Positions 19,919 to 29,254 of a stretch of 64,000 nt of DNA are shown in pieces. The position numbers and the translations under genes were made by a program. This stretch comes from a virus. The first letter of the stretch is position 1; the number at the start of each line of letters is the position of its first letter. Where the stretch lies: the IMG/VR virus record IMGVR_UViG_3300029425_000240, one strand, 5' to 3'. Under the pieces are notes generated by a model, which saw only the letters and a list, made by a program, of their open reading frames with translations, searched no databases and had not been told where the DNA came from.

Positions 19919-20170
19919 TTATAAAATCTTGATTGTTTGATTAGTTATCTTTGTAATTTTTTTTAAAATCTTTTTTTCTTCCTCTGTCTGAGGCTTTGGC
20001 TTATGTTCGCTGTACCAAAGCAAATACAGGTAATATCTTTCTGGATTTTTTTCAATATAATCAAAAACGTCTTCCTCTGACGGAATATATCCATCGTTTT
20101 CCATTTCAATCTTTTCCAGTTTATCCATTAAGGCATCAAAGTCATGCTCTGTTATTTCAATATGTTGCAT
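19919..20170 (-). CDS. hypothetical small protein (83 aa), first gene of topB-helicase operon
   Basis: AAAGGAGAGAAAGAT-ATG; conserved box 41 nt upstream. Confidence 0.5.
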   Translation of the reverse strand: MQHIEITEHDFDALMDKLEKIEMENDGYIPSEEDVFDYIEKNPERYYLYLLWYSEHKPKPQTEEEKKILKKITKITNQTIKIL

Positions 20171-20206
20171 ATCTTTCTCTCCTTTTTTTTATTTTTGCGG
20201 TTTGCC

Positions 20207-20222
20207 TTCAATATGCCGAATT
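20207..20222 (-). promoter_or_regulatory. conserved upstream box (TTCGGCATATTGAA), topB-helicase operon
   Basis: 41 nt upstream of ATG 20170; follows terminator 20255-20305. Confidence 0.5.
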
Positions 20223-20254
20223 TTTCATTTTTCGAACGGAGTAAAAATGTTTTT

Positions 20255-20305
20255 TTTGCAAAAAGAAAGGGCACCGCGTATTTTATACGCGGTGCCCTTT
20301 CTAAC
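20255..20305 (-). terminator. rho-independent terminator after coupling-protein gene
   Basis: Hairpin AAGGGCACCGCGTA-TTTTA-TACGCGGTGCCCTT with flanking A/T runs. Confidence 0.65.
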
Positions 20306-20313
20306 CAACAATG

Positions 20314-22863
20314 TCAATCATTATCATCATCATAATCATCAAAATCTACATCGTTATTTTTTTGTGAAGCCATACAATGAGCACCATTTTTACATCCTTT
20401 TTTTAATTCTTCAAATTTATCTTCTGACAGGATATCATTAACTTTATATAAATCCTGTCTGGATATGTTTCCTCGTTTTTTCTTGGATATTGACAACTGT
20501 AATCGTTCTGCTACTTTAACGATATTACATTGGTCATTCTTTGCGCCGAACCAGCACACATGTCCATCACTGATTCCGTTGCAGGCAACGGCTAAATCCT
20601 CAAATTCCCCGTCGTGTTGCTCAAAAGCCCTGTTTATCAGACCTTTTGCAAGAGCAATATCCATATTTTTTCCGTCAAACAATATCGTTGTTTCGTCGTT
20701 ACCCATAGACATCTGGATTGTGTCTTCCAGTAATTCACTGTACTTTGTAATCATTGAATTCCTTGTTTTGTTATTATCTGCATCCTTAATCAGATAATAT
20801 CCATCTTCTTCCGGATAGTTGACCAGAATTCCGTCCAGCACTTCTTCCAGTGTTTTAGGCTGGTACTTTTCGCTTACTGTATCATTATTTTCTTCCTGCT
20901 CGGCTATCTCCTCATATTCTACTGACTTATCAACGCACGAAAACTCTTCGTCCTGCTCCAGGAAATAAAAGTTTTTTTCATCCCCATCACCTGTTTTCAT
21001 AAACTGTGGATGCTTTTCCAGTGGATATTTACTATCATAAAATGGGTCGATTCCTCGCATCATGACAATACATTTGTCAAACGGCATGGTCATTATCTCA
21101 TCTGGAAGCATCAATTCACGTCCTGTTTGGTTAAACGATAAATTGCCTCCGCTCTTGCCCACGGGCGTGGATTTACTTCTCGACGTGATGGTACCTTTTC
21201 CAAGTTTTTTACTGAAATAATCTGCCGTAGTCTGCTCATTTGTACCAAGACAGATTGCGGTGTCACAGTTACCGATGATTGTCTCATAGTCATCCTTATA
21301 CAGCATTTTTATCTGTGCAATAGACTGCAGGACAATTGTTGTTGATATATTATATTTTCGGCAAGTGGAAATCTTCTGTGGGAATTCCGGAATCTTGCCG
21401 ATGTTGGCGAACTCATCGAGCAGGAACCTTACATGATATGGAAGCCGGCTATTCGGTATTGTGGCACCCTTATAATATAAAGATTCAAACATCTGAGAGA
21501 ACAGCATGGAAATCAAGAAGTTAAATGTGCTGTTCGTCTGCGGAATGATTGCAAAAAAGCACGTCAATTCATCACCCACCTTCTCCAGTTCCACGTTATC
21601 ATCATCTGTCAGATTCTGGATTGCCGGAATACTAAATGGGTTCAGTCTAACAGCAGCTGAAATCAAAATGGATTTCAACGTTTTTGTTCCACCAAGTTTG
21701 AACGTCTTATAGTTGGTGAGGCAAAGTGAAGTTTCTATTTTATCACGCAGCCTTCCAATTTCTTTTTGGTCCGTAACCTCCACAGCATCCAGCACCGTCT
21801 GTTTCTTTCCTGTCTTTTTATCTGTAATTGTTTTTTTACCGATTTTTTTTGTTCCATCAAACAATTCATCAAGTGGCATATCTATAGAGAAGCCAAATTC
21901 AGACGATGGCTTCTGCCCTGGCCGGCCGTTTTCATCCATCTGTGCCAACTGTACCATCCACAAAATGGTTGAGAACTTCCTAAACTCTGCATCAGCAATA
22001 TCAACAAGATAAAATACCAGCGCTGAGAGCAAAGCCTTTTCCGATTTATCCCAGAACGGGTCGCCGCTTTTTTGGTCCGGACCTGTTGTGTTTGAAATAA
22101 AACAGTCCACCAGAATACTGACATCTGTTTCGCTCCTGACGTATCGGAATGGATTGTACTTATTTGAATGAGACATATCGACCAAGTTAAATACTTTTAT
22201 CTTATACCCATTCTCAACCAATACGTTATGCATTGATTTCAGAAGCTCTCCGGAAGGGTCTGTTACTATGTAAGAGCAGTTCATCTGTAATACGTTTGGC
22301 TTTATAAAAAATCGTGATTTACCAGTACCAGCACCACCGACAATAAAAACATTGTTATTCAAATGTGTTTTCATATCAGCTGTTGACAGCCTTACCAATT
22401 CCGATTCTATCATGTTAGGGTTTCCTGGTACTGGTGGTGTCTTTTTATTGTTCAGGTTTTCCCCACCCATTTTTTTTGTCAGACCAGGCTCGTCACTAAA
22501 AGTCTTTTCACCAAACGGCTCCGAATGTCCTTGGTTAAATTCTTCAACTTTCTTATTCCAATGAGCCGAGCCGGCCTCTTTACCGGCCGCATCATGTTTC
22601 CATTTTTGCTCATATATCATGAAAAGCGCTACACCAATCCAATATATAAACGTCCATCTCAAGCATGTACCCCAGCTTACCGGATTTAACCAATAGAAGA
22701 TACCAAAATGGGATACCGCTTCCACTGCTGAAAAAATACTTGCTCCATCCTGTGTATGCTTCTGATAGCCAAATGCACCAGCTATCATCAGGCCAATAAA
22801 CCACAAGATGCCATACAAGACAAAGGCAAGCTTTTTCTGTTCAAGTTCTTTATCATCTTTCAT
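20314..22863 (-). CDS. type IV secretion coupling protein (VirD4/TraG/TraD family ATPase)
   Basis: N-terminal TM helices, Walker A VGGAGTGKSRF, large TraG/TraD-type domain; GGGAGGGG RBS. Confidence 0.8.
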   Translation of the reverse strand: MKDDKELEQKKLAFVLYGILWFIGLMIAGAFGYQKHTQDGASIFSAVEAVSHFGIFYWLNPVSWGTCLRWTFIYWIGVALFMIYEQKWKHDAAGKEAGSAHWNKKVEEFNQGHSEPFGEKTFSDEPGLTKKMGGENLNNKKTPPVPGNPNMIESELVRLSTADMKTHLNNNVFIVGGAGTGKSRFFIKPNVLQMNCSYIVTDPSGELLKSMHNVLVENGYKIKVFNLVDMSHSNKYNPFRYVRSETDVSILVDCFISNTTGPDQKSGDPFWDKSEKALLSALVFYLVDIADAEFRKFSTILWMVQLAQMDENGRPGQKPSSEFGFSIDMPLDELFDGTKKIGKKTITDKKTGKKQTVLDAVEVTDQKEIGRLRDKIETSLCLTNYKTFKLGGTKTLKSILISAAVRLNPFSIPAIQNLTDDDNVELEKVGDELTCFFAIIPQTNSTFNFLISMLFSQMFESLYYKGATIPNSRLPYHVRFLLDEFANIGKIPEFPQKISTCRKYNISTTIVLQSIAQIKMLYKDDYETIIGNCDTAICLGTNEQTTADYFSKKLGKGTITSRSKSTPVGKSGGNLSFNQTGRELMLPDEIMTMPFDKCIVMMRGIDPFYDSKYPLEKHPQFMKTGDGDEKNFYFLEQDEEFSCVDKSVEYEEIAEQEENNDTVSEKYQPKTLEEVLDGILVNYPEEDGYYLIKDADNNKTRNSMITKYSELLEDTIQMSMGNDETTILFDGKNMDIALAKGLINRAFEQHDGEFEDLAVACNGISDGHVCWFGAKNDQCNIVKVAERLQLSISKKKRGNISRQDLYKVNDILSEDKFEELKKGCKNGAHCMASQKNNDVDFDDYDDDND

Positions 22864-23953
22864 CTACCAGCCCCTCCCTGTCTTGTCTATATCCTTTCGC
22901 AAATTGTTTTATATGTTGTTCATGCATCTGTTTATAATCCTGCTTATCCTGCTTAGACATCTTGTACGCTTGGATATCTTCTATCTTGTAATCCCGACAT
23001 ACCCGCATCCGCATCAAAGAATAAATCGCTTTTCTTTCGCGGTCTCCATAGTCCTCAAGATTGTTTACCATCTTTCCAATTTCATCAACAGAAGGGATGT
23101 CGCTTAAATTTAGTATATCCAATGCTTCTCTTTTTTTTAGCATTAGAGGGGATTCCCGTAAACTTTTACGCGTCATATCCTTGCTCATCACATCGGCGAG
23201 TTCTCCATAAAAAACTTTCACAGGAAATTCTTTTCCATTCATCGTATTCAGAATTTCACTCAATACTTTACGCTCATAATCCGGGTCATTTTTTGGAATA
23301 AAACGTCCTTTTTTTAATGGATTCATACTGATTGCTCCATTTTTGTCAACTCTTATTCCACGCGTCCCTGCTTCGCTCCCTAAAAATACAACGCCATCAT
23401 GATTTAGCGCCTTTGAAGCCTGGTTGATGGCATAGCGCCAATACAAATTCTGTGATACGAAATGTTTTTTGCCAACTTCCGTGGTTTCTTCTTGCTTTAT
23501 TGTATCCATCGCGTTTTTAAATATATATTCTTTATTTTCTGCAAGCAAAAAGCTAATCCTTCCATCCTCTCCGATGGACTGCTTATAATCCACTCCTGCT
23601 TCCTTAAGAAAATCTATCATACCTTTTGCTTCGCTGTGCGAAAATCCTCCATACTGCACCAGTTTTTCTCCAAGCACCAAATGTGGCTGAATTTCCATGT
23701 ATTTTTCTCTTTGTTCTCGTGGATATATTAAAACCAAGTTTCCAGCAATATCCAACAGCCATGAGTCAAAAGCATCATTTATATCTGTTTCTTTTAATAT
23801 TTTTTGAGCCAGTCCTTTATCTTTCATATCAAGGACCACTGCATCAACTCCGCGATTGTAATGGATGCATTGAGCAAGAGTTTCTGCATGTCCGTTTTCA
23901 TTTACTTCCTGTCTGGCTTTAAAATATCTGTACAAAATATCTGTTGTCGCCAT
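22853..23953 (-). CDS. hypothetical protein (366 aa) co-transcribed upstream of coupling protein
   Basis: Start re-assigned to ATG 23953 (MATTDILYRYF...) after AAAGGAGG; the track ORF extends to 24247 across the promoter box; no relaxase HUH motif recognised. Confidence 0.55.
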   Translation of the reverse strand: MATTDILYRYFKARQEVNENGHAETLAQCIHYNRGVDAVVLDMKDKGLAQKILKETDINDAFDSWLLDIAGNLVLIYPREQREKYMEIQPHLVLGEKLVQYGGFSHSEAKGMIDFLKEAGVDYKQSIGEDGRISFLLAENKEYIFKNAMDTIKQEETTEVGKKHFVSQNLYWRYAINQASKALNHDGVVFLGSEAGTRGIRVDKNGAISMNPLKKGRFIPKNDPDYERKVLSEILNTMNGKEFPVKVFYGELADVMSKDMTRKSLRESPLMLKKREALDILNLSDIPSVDEIGKMVNNLEDYGDRERKAIYSLMRMRVCRDYKIEDIQAYKMSKQDKQDYKQMHEQHIKQFAKGYRQDREGLVDER

Positions 23954-23978
23954 ATATTTTTCCTCCTTTATCTTTATC

Positions 23979-23994
23979 TCCAATATGCAAAATA
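23979..23994 (-). promoter_or_regulatory. conserved upstream box (TTTTGCATATTGGA), coupling-protein operon
   Basis: ~30 nt upstream of ATG 23953. Confidence 0.5.
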
Positions 23995-24032
23995 AAAAAA
24001 ATATCGGCACGGCTAGGTTAAAAAGGGATTCA

Positions 24033-24046
24033 TTTCGCATATTAAA
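24033..24046 (+). promoter_or_regulatory. conserved upstream box, plus orientation (TTTCGCATATTAAA)
   Basis: 45 nt upstream of plus-strand ATG 24088; orientation follows gene strand. Confidence 0.5.
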
Positions 24047-24087
24047 AGAAAGAAATAAAAAATATCGGAAAAAGGAGTTAAAATACA

Positions 24088-24768
24088 ATGGGAATATTAA
24101 ACGATTATGAAGATGTCCTGCTTGGAAACCGGCAGCGCATACCGACAAGCTATTTTTTGTTTGACAAAAAGGGAAACGAGAGGATTGCACTTTCTGTAAT
24201 CCGATATGCGATAGAGAATTTATTAGGATGGGATATCCACAATGCAATAAAGCTATTTAATAAAAATTACATTTCATTTATGAAACTTGACCAGATGGTA
24301 AAATACATTGCGTTTCCATCTGATGTTACCAAGGATGATACAGAATATATACTTTATCTTCTTTATCCTCGCTATGTGGATTACGACGTAAAAAGGTATA
24401 CACTTCGTGTATATGATAAGGTAATGGCAGGAGAGGGGCGATACCCAAAGGACTATATGTACGGATACTTAGGTATGCTTCGCGCCAAAATATGTCTTCA
24501 ATACGTAATCAACAAAACATGTATGTTCAAATCAGAAGATGAACTATACAGGTTCTTTTCTTCAAAAGAGTGTATTAAATATTTAAAACAAAATAAATTA
24601 TATCAATTATATATCAGTTTTTACGCAACACCGCTGGAATACATGCACGACAGCATGCCGTCTGCAGTGAAAAATGATTTTCTTTTTCATAACTATATGT
24701 TCATGTCAAAATATGAACAATTAGAGGATATAAAGCGGGAATCCTCGGCAATTAAATTACCGAGATGA
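24088..24768 (+). CDS. hypothetical protein (226 aa), plus-strand island
   Basis: AAAAAGGAG RBS; plus-oriented conserved box 45 nt upstream; own terminator. Confidence 0.55.
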   Translation: MGILNDYEDVLLGNRQRIPTSYFLFDKKGNERIALSVIRYAIENLLGWDIHNAIKLFNKNYISFMKLDQMVKYIAFPSDVTKDDTEYILYLLYPRYVDYDVKRYTLRVYDKVMAGEGRYPKDYMYGYLGMLRAKICLQYVINKTCMFKSEDELYRFFSSKECIKYLKQNKLYQLYISFYATPLEYMHDSMPSAVKNDFLFHNYMFMSKYEQLEDIKRESSAIKLPR

Positions 24769-24805
24769 AAGCGCGAAATAAATAAAAGTATCGTTTACGA
24801 TTTTT

Positions 24806-24842
24806 ATCTTCGTGTCCAGATATGGATGCGAAGATTTTTTAC
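24806..24842 (+). terminator. rho-independent terminator after plus-strand 226-aa gene
   Basis: ATCTTCG..CGAAGAT stem followed by TTTTTT. Confidence 0.55.
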
Positions 24843-24886
24843 TTCCATACAGAAATTTTTCGCAAAAAACGACCGGTCTGTAAATT

Positions 24887-24901
24887 TTTCGGCATATTAA
24901 A
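24887..24901 (+). promoter_or_regulatory. conserved upstream box, plus orientation (TTCGGCATATTAAA) in front of tnpB
   Basis: 35 nt upstream of tnpB ATG 24933, after terminator 24806-24842. Confidence 0.5.
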
Positions 24902-24932
24902 TATGTAATGAAAAGGCAAGGAGGTGAGACGA

Positions 24933-26534
24933 ATGGCAAAGGCGAGAAGACGCAAAGATACGCAGTTTGAAACTTCTATGACGAAAAGTGTATTTCTGTA
25001 TGGCAGCCCGAATAAAGACAAATCTAAAATCATCCGGGATATGCAGAATGAATTTACAAAGATGGTAAATGGATATATCAGACTCCTTGCGGGTAATGAT
25101 AAATTTACACTTCAAATCGTAAAAAATGATAAGAAGAGCAGTGACATCCGCAAGTTTGAAAAATCCATCCGTCCGAAAAATGCAAATTCTGCATTCTCTC
25201 AGAATGCCTTTGACATGGCGGTGACCCATCTTTCTAACCGTATGGATAGCATCCGGCAGGATATGTATACAGAAGAACAGTCAGTCTTTACATCATCAAA
25301 AGTCCTGTTTGCAATGTCCATTGATTCCAAGACGAAGTCTGAGATGCTGAGCACTATGAAACAGATTGCGTCTAAAACAAAGAAAGACAAGGCTTTCTAT
25401 GAAGACTGTATCAGTATCCTGAATGAAATGTCAGACGACGAGTTTACATTTAAACAGGTGGAATTCATGGATATGTATATCAGTTTATCAATGGAATACC
25501 GTGTCCCAGAATTAAGACGGGCGCATATGCCTCTTGACAGCAGGCTGATGAAGATTGAAGTATCAACAGATACCGTCATGCCATATGTGATTAAGATAAG
25601 CGACGCTTTACATAAAAACGCAGAAAGAATCGTAATACCGATTAACACAAGCAGACATCCTGCCAATAAAATCAAATCACATAAAATGGCCGGTACGGTC
25701 ATGGCGTCAATTGATGAAAACGGAATCCTGCAGGTCGGATGGAGTTATGAGTCAAAAATGAAACAGCCAAAGACTTCAAATGTGGTAGGCGTTGATGTCG
25801 GTATCTCTGACACACTGCATACATCTGAAGATAAAGCAATCGGCAGCATGAAGCCGGTGATTGCTTTTTACCACGATACAGTGGAAAAGTCATTCGCTTC
25901 GCTGTCTGACATGAGAAATAAAAAACGCAGTATCAGCCATTACCTGCGAAGACATAAGGCCCTTCCGGAAGATGTGAGACGTTCTCTCATCAAAAAGATG
26001 GACCGGCTTGACCAGATGATTCAAAAGGCTGATGCCCCATACCGCAAGAAGCGCTGCTATTATGAAACACTTGACCATGAGATTAAATCAAGCATAGACA
26101 GATATATAGAATCAATCTCACATGATACCCTGACAGTCCTAGAAAAACTGGATATCAGGGAATTTAACAAAAGCCGTAAGTCTAACGGTATGATGTCAAC
26201 ATTTGCGAGAGGGAAGCTGCAGAAGAAGCTCATGGAGACTTTAAACTGGTATGGCTATGATTTCAAGGAAATTATACCGGATTACACCAGCCAGACATGT
26301 CCGGTATGCAGCCATCTTGAAAAAGACAACCGCAATGGCAAGTCTTTTAAATGCAAGTGCTGCGGATATGAAGCGGATGCGGATTATGTTGGAAGCCTGA
26401 ACATCAAGGCAAGAATCGACGACCAGGAAATACAGGAGATATGCGAAAAGTATAAGTATAAACATAATGAGTTACAGAAGAATCTTAAGATGATATACAA
26501 ATCACGTAACGACCAATACAAAGCAGCGGCCTGA
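24933..26534 (+). CDS. tnpB: TnpB-like RNA-guided endonuclease (IS605 OrfB / Cas12-ancestor family), RuvC triad intact
   Basis: RuvC-I VGVDVGISD, RuvC-II LTVLEKLD, Zn finger CPVCSH...CKCCG, RuvC-III ADADYVGSLNI; ATG 24933 after AAGGAGGTGAGACGA (track starts at GTG 24924); no adjacent tnpA. Confidence 0.8.
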   Translation: MAKARRRKDTQFETSMTKSVFLYGSPNKDKSKIIRDMQNEFTKMVNGYIRLLAGNDKFTLQIVKNDKKSSDIRKFEKSIRPKNANSAFSQNAFDMAVTHLSNRMDSIRQDMYTEEQSVFTSSKVLFAMSIDSKTKSEMLSTMKQIASKTKKDKAFYEDCISILNEMSDDEFTFKQVEFMDMYISLSMEYRVPELRRAHMPLDSRLMKIEVSTDTVMPYVIKISDALHKNAERIVIPINTSRHPANKIKSHKMAGTVMASIDENGILQVGWSYESKMKQPKTSNVVGVDVGISDTLHTSEDKAIGSMKPVIAFYHDTVEKSFASLSDMRNKKRSISHYLRRHKALPEDVRRSLIKKMDRLDQMIQKADAPYRKKRCYYETLDHEIKSSIDRYIESISHDTLTVLEKLDIREFNKSRKSNGMMSTFARGKLQKKLMETLNWYGYDFKEIIPDYTSQTCPVCSHLEKDNRNGKSFKCKCCGYEADADYVGSLNIKARIDDQEIQEICEKYKYKHNELQKNLKMIYKSRNDQYKAAA

Positions 26535-26835
26535 AACGAGTATGCAGAAAAGAAATAGTCTCTGACTATTACACCTTCTGTCGAAAGCTTCAGGCCCATA
26601 GGAGCCTCGTCGTGTCCTGCTGTAGCATGTCTGCAGCCGGGCCTCTGTCCAGGGATAGTTCTGGTGCATATGCTTGCATATGTGTCGGTTGTATTTCTCG
26701 CAGGTAAAAGTAATTGTTTTACCTGGTGTCTTCGGATACTCGGTAATTCATATTTATTCTGGTAACGACTCCGGCAAAGCCGGGGAGTTATCAATTTCCG
26801 AGAGGTTCACAAAGCGTGCAAGATTAAAAAAAGCA
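26535..26835 (+). ncRNA. candidate TnpB guide (omega/right-end) RNA scaffold
   Basis: ~300 nt ORF-poor structured region directly 3' of tnpB, with hairpins caggtaaaag..cttttacctg (26700-26726) and ccggcaaagccgg (26771-26783), then a strong terminator; by analogy to IS605-family omega RNAs. Confidence 0.35.
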
Positions 26836-26862
26836 AGAGGGCTGCCCTCTTGCTTTTTTATT
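26829..26862. terminator. bidirectional terminator between tnpB/omega region and dnaN-like gene
   Basis: GCAAGAGGGC-TGC-CCTCTTGC stem with A-run upstream and T-run downstream. Confidence 0.65.
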
Positions 26863-26885
26863 ATGTTAACTTTTCTATTTTTATC

Positions 26886-28037
26886 TTATTCGCGTTTTCT
26901 TGGAAGCACACAGTAAACATATTCGTTACTGTCCCCACAGCACATCCAGATTGGCGCTTTCGGTCCAATCACTCCGATTGTAATTTTGTCCTTAGGATAA
27001 ATGCTTGCTGCTTCTTTCAGAAAATCCGGGTTAAAATAAGCAGGCTCTGGAACTTCTCCGACTGTCTCAGCCTCAATCTTTTCTCCATACTGAGAAAGAC
27101 CGATTCCTCCAATCTCGAGTTCTTTTTCTTTGAATTTCAGCATCGCTGATGAGTTCACTCCAGATGCCCCGGTCTCCTGAAGTACATACTGAACACAGGA
27201 GATGGATTCAATAAAGTCTCTCTTGTCAATTGTGATAGAGAATTTGCAAGCGTCTTTTCCGATTTCTCCGTCAATCATTCGCTGTACGGCCGGATATTTT
27301 TTATCCAGGACCGGAATGCACACATGCTTTTTACTGTAATCCATATATAATTTTCCGCTATCGATAGTAATATCGATATTAGCATCATCATCTGATGCAT
27401 CTACAATGTCAATCATTGTCTTAAACTGCTCAGGCGGAACAATCACAGTTCCGGTGTAGTCTCCATTCTTGACAGCATATGCAGTTCGCTGAGCCACGCG
27501 TAAGCCATCAAGGCATGTAATCGTAAGAGCCAGCAGCCCGTCCTCATCTTCACGGATATTCAGATGTACGCCATACCCTGCATTTGTCTCCTCACGGCTT
27601 GCAGCAAAAATTGTTTCTGCAACCATTTTCTTTAATGTTGCAAACGGAAGCGCAACCTTCGGTGTATCTTTTTCAGGCTTTGCTACGTCATTAAATACAA
27701 CATCAACTCTTGTGAGTACAGTCTTGGCATTTCCGTCTCTGTACATCATGGTCATAGCGTTGCCATCATCACTTGATGATGCAGAGATTTTTCCGGTGCA
27801 CTTTCTAAGACTAAAGATGTTAAGTTCTGAAAATGACACGACAAACTCTCCATCTTCTCCATCTGTCAATTCAACCTGGACGATGCATCCAATATTACCA
27901 TTTGTAGATAATTCCAGGATATTTCCTTTTACCTCCATCTTAACAACGGCCATTTCGTTGATACCGTTTTTCTTTACAGCTTTTCCAATTGTTGCGATTG
28001 CTCCTCTAAATGTCTCATAGTCTGTTTTAAATTTCAT
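26886..28037 (-). CDS. dnaN: DNA polymerase III beta sliding-clamp (DnaN)-like protein
   Basis: 383 aa, N-terminus MKFKTDYETFRGAIATIGKAV typical of beta clamps, three-domain length; GAAAGGAAAAAATATT-ATG. Confidence 0.6.
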   Translation of the reverse strand: MKFKTDYETFRGAIATIGKAVKKNGINEMAVVKMEVKGNILELSTNGNIGCIVQVELTDGEDGEFVVSFSELNIFSLRKCTGKISASSSDDGNAMTMMYRDGNAKTVLTRVDVVFNDVAKPEKDTPKVALPFATLKKMVAETIFAASREETNAGYGVHLNIREDEDGLLALTITCLDGLRVAQRTAYAVKNGDYTGTVIVPPEQFKTMIDIVDASDDDANIDITIDSGKLYMDYSKKHVCIPVLDKKYPAVQRMIDGEIGKDACKFSITIDKRDFIESISCVQYVLQETGASGVNSSAMLKFKEKELEIGGIGLSQYGEKIEAETVGEVPEPAYFNPDFLKEAASIYPKDKITIGVIGPKAPIWMCCGDSNEYVYCVLPRKRE

Positions 28038-28090
28038 AATATTTTTTCCTTTCTTTTTTTAGCTATTTTAGCTATATTTTGTTTAGCATC

Positions 28091-28106
28091 TTTAATATGC
28101 CAAATT
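28091..28106 (-). promoter_or_regulatory. conserved upstream box (TTTGGCATATTAAA), dnaN-like gene
   Basis: 58 nt upstream of ATG 28037. Confidence 0.5.
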
Positions 28107-28202
28107 TGATTGTCGCTAAAAAACACCAGAGCAGCATCTCCAGCCTGAGACTTCTGTCCTTTGTTACTGACTTCCCGGATTTGCCGGACTCATTTCCAGA
28201 TA

Positions 28203-29072
28203 TCAGACTGCCATTCTTTTTTCTCTTTCTTCTGCTTTTTCTTTGAGCAGATTTTTAAGTTCCATCATGCTATTCACTCTATATTTATCCATCAATTGTT
28301 TTTTTACATCAAAAGTATCAACACTTTCGATACGCAGCCCATTTTCTTTTTCCTCTTTTTTTGTAATCCCCCATTTCTCAGTCAACGTGTCATAATAAAT
28401 CTTCCCAATCGAAGTATCGCAAAAAATCCATTCTGCATAGTTTCGATACGAACTCTGCCAAAAATACGCATAGTTTACAACGCAGGCTTTTTTATTTTGT
28501 TCCATCTTTTTCATCCTGCGGTAACTTCCGGTGCAGTCTATAAACGTTTCTTTTAGATTTTCCAGACTGTTCTTATCTGTAAAATTTTCACCGCACTTTT
28601 TAGCCATTCTTTTTATATCAAAATATGAATTATCAATAGATTTATACTTGGATTCAATGATATCATTATTCAGCATCGAAATAATAGAATATGGTTTGCA
28701 AGAAACTATAATCCCGTCATATTTTATAAAATAATCAGACACAGCTCTTGCCATTTCCTTCTTTTCCATACCATTTCTTAATTCTTCAAGCGTTACTCCA
28801 ACTTTTCTTAATGTTTCCGGTCTTCTCTTTCTTTCATCTTTACAAACGATGTTCAATTTGGCACAAGGGTCAGAGTTTGCAATGAATTTTCCGATTATAT
28901 TAATAACATCGCCATTCTCAAGAACATCTTCCACATAATAGGTTTCTGCTTCGATACGCAGGATTTCTTTACCTACGCTAAATATATTCAAAAAAGTAAT
29001 ATTACGAGAGCCTCTAATCATATTTTCCACATTTTTTGTTTCATATTTTGCCGTTTCTGTCATAAATGCCAT
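28203..29072 (-). CDS. hypothetical protein (289 aa)
   Basis: GGAGGAATAAGGT-ATG RBS; no domain recognised. Confidence 0.5.
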   Translation of the reverse strand: MAFMTETAKYETKNVENMIRGSRNITFLNIFSVGKEILRIEAETYYVEDVLENGDVINIIGKFIANSDPCAKLNIVCKDERKRRPETLRKVGVTLEELRNGMEKKEMARAVSDYFIKYDGIIVSCKPYSIISMLNNDIIESKYKSIDNSYFDIKRMAKKCGENFTDKNSLENLKETFIDCTGSYRRMKKMEQNKKACVVNYAYFWQSSYRNYAEWIFCDTSIGKIYYDTLTEKWGITKKEEKENGLRIESVDTFDVKKQLMDKYRVNSMMELKNLLKEKAEEREKRMAV

Positions 29073-29104
29073 ACCTTATTCCTCCATACCTTCTTATGCG
29101 TTTA

Positions 29105-29200
29105 TCTCGATACCCCACCAGCTCTGCCGGATTCGTTACCAATTTGCGTAGCAAATGACAAGCGAAGCCGTAAGACTGAGTGCAGAGATTAAAATTAGTA
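29105..29200. repeat. repeat locus R2 (module A copy)
   Basis: CGTTACCAATTTGCGTAGCAAATGACAAGCGAAGCCGTAAGACTGAGTGCAGAG: ~90% identical to module A at 13536 and 34193. Confidence 0.65.
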
Positions 29201-29226
29201 TGCCAAAAAAAAGAAACCGGAGATAT
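29193..29226 (-). terminator. rho-independent terminator after 29255-30448 gene
   Basis: ACCGGAGATATCTCCCCGGT imperfect stem, T-run on minus strand (plus A-run 29194-29203). Confidence 0.45.
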
Positions 29227-29254
29227 CTCCCCGGTCTTATATTTTTTGAAAGCA

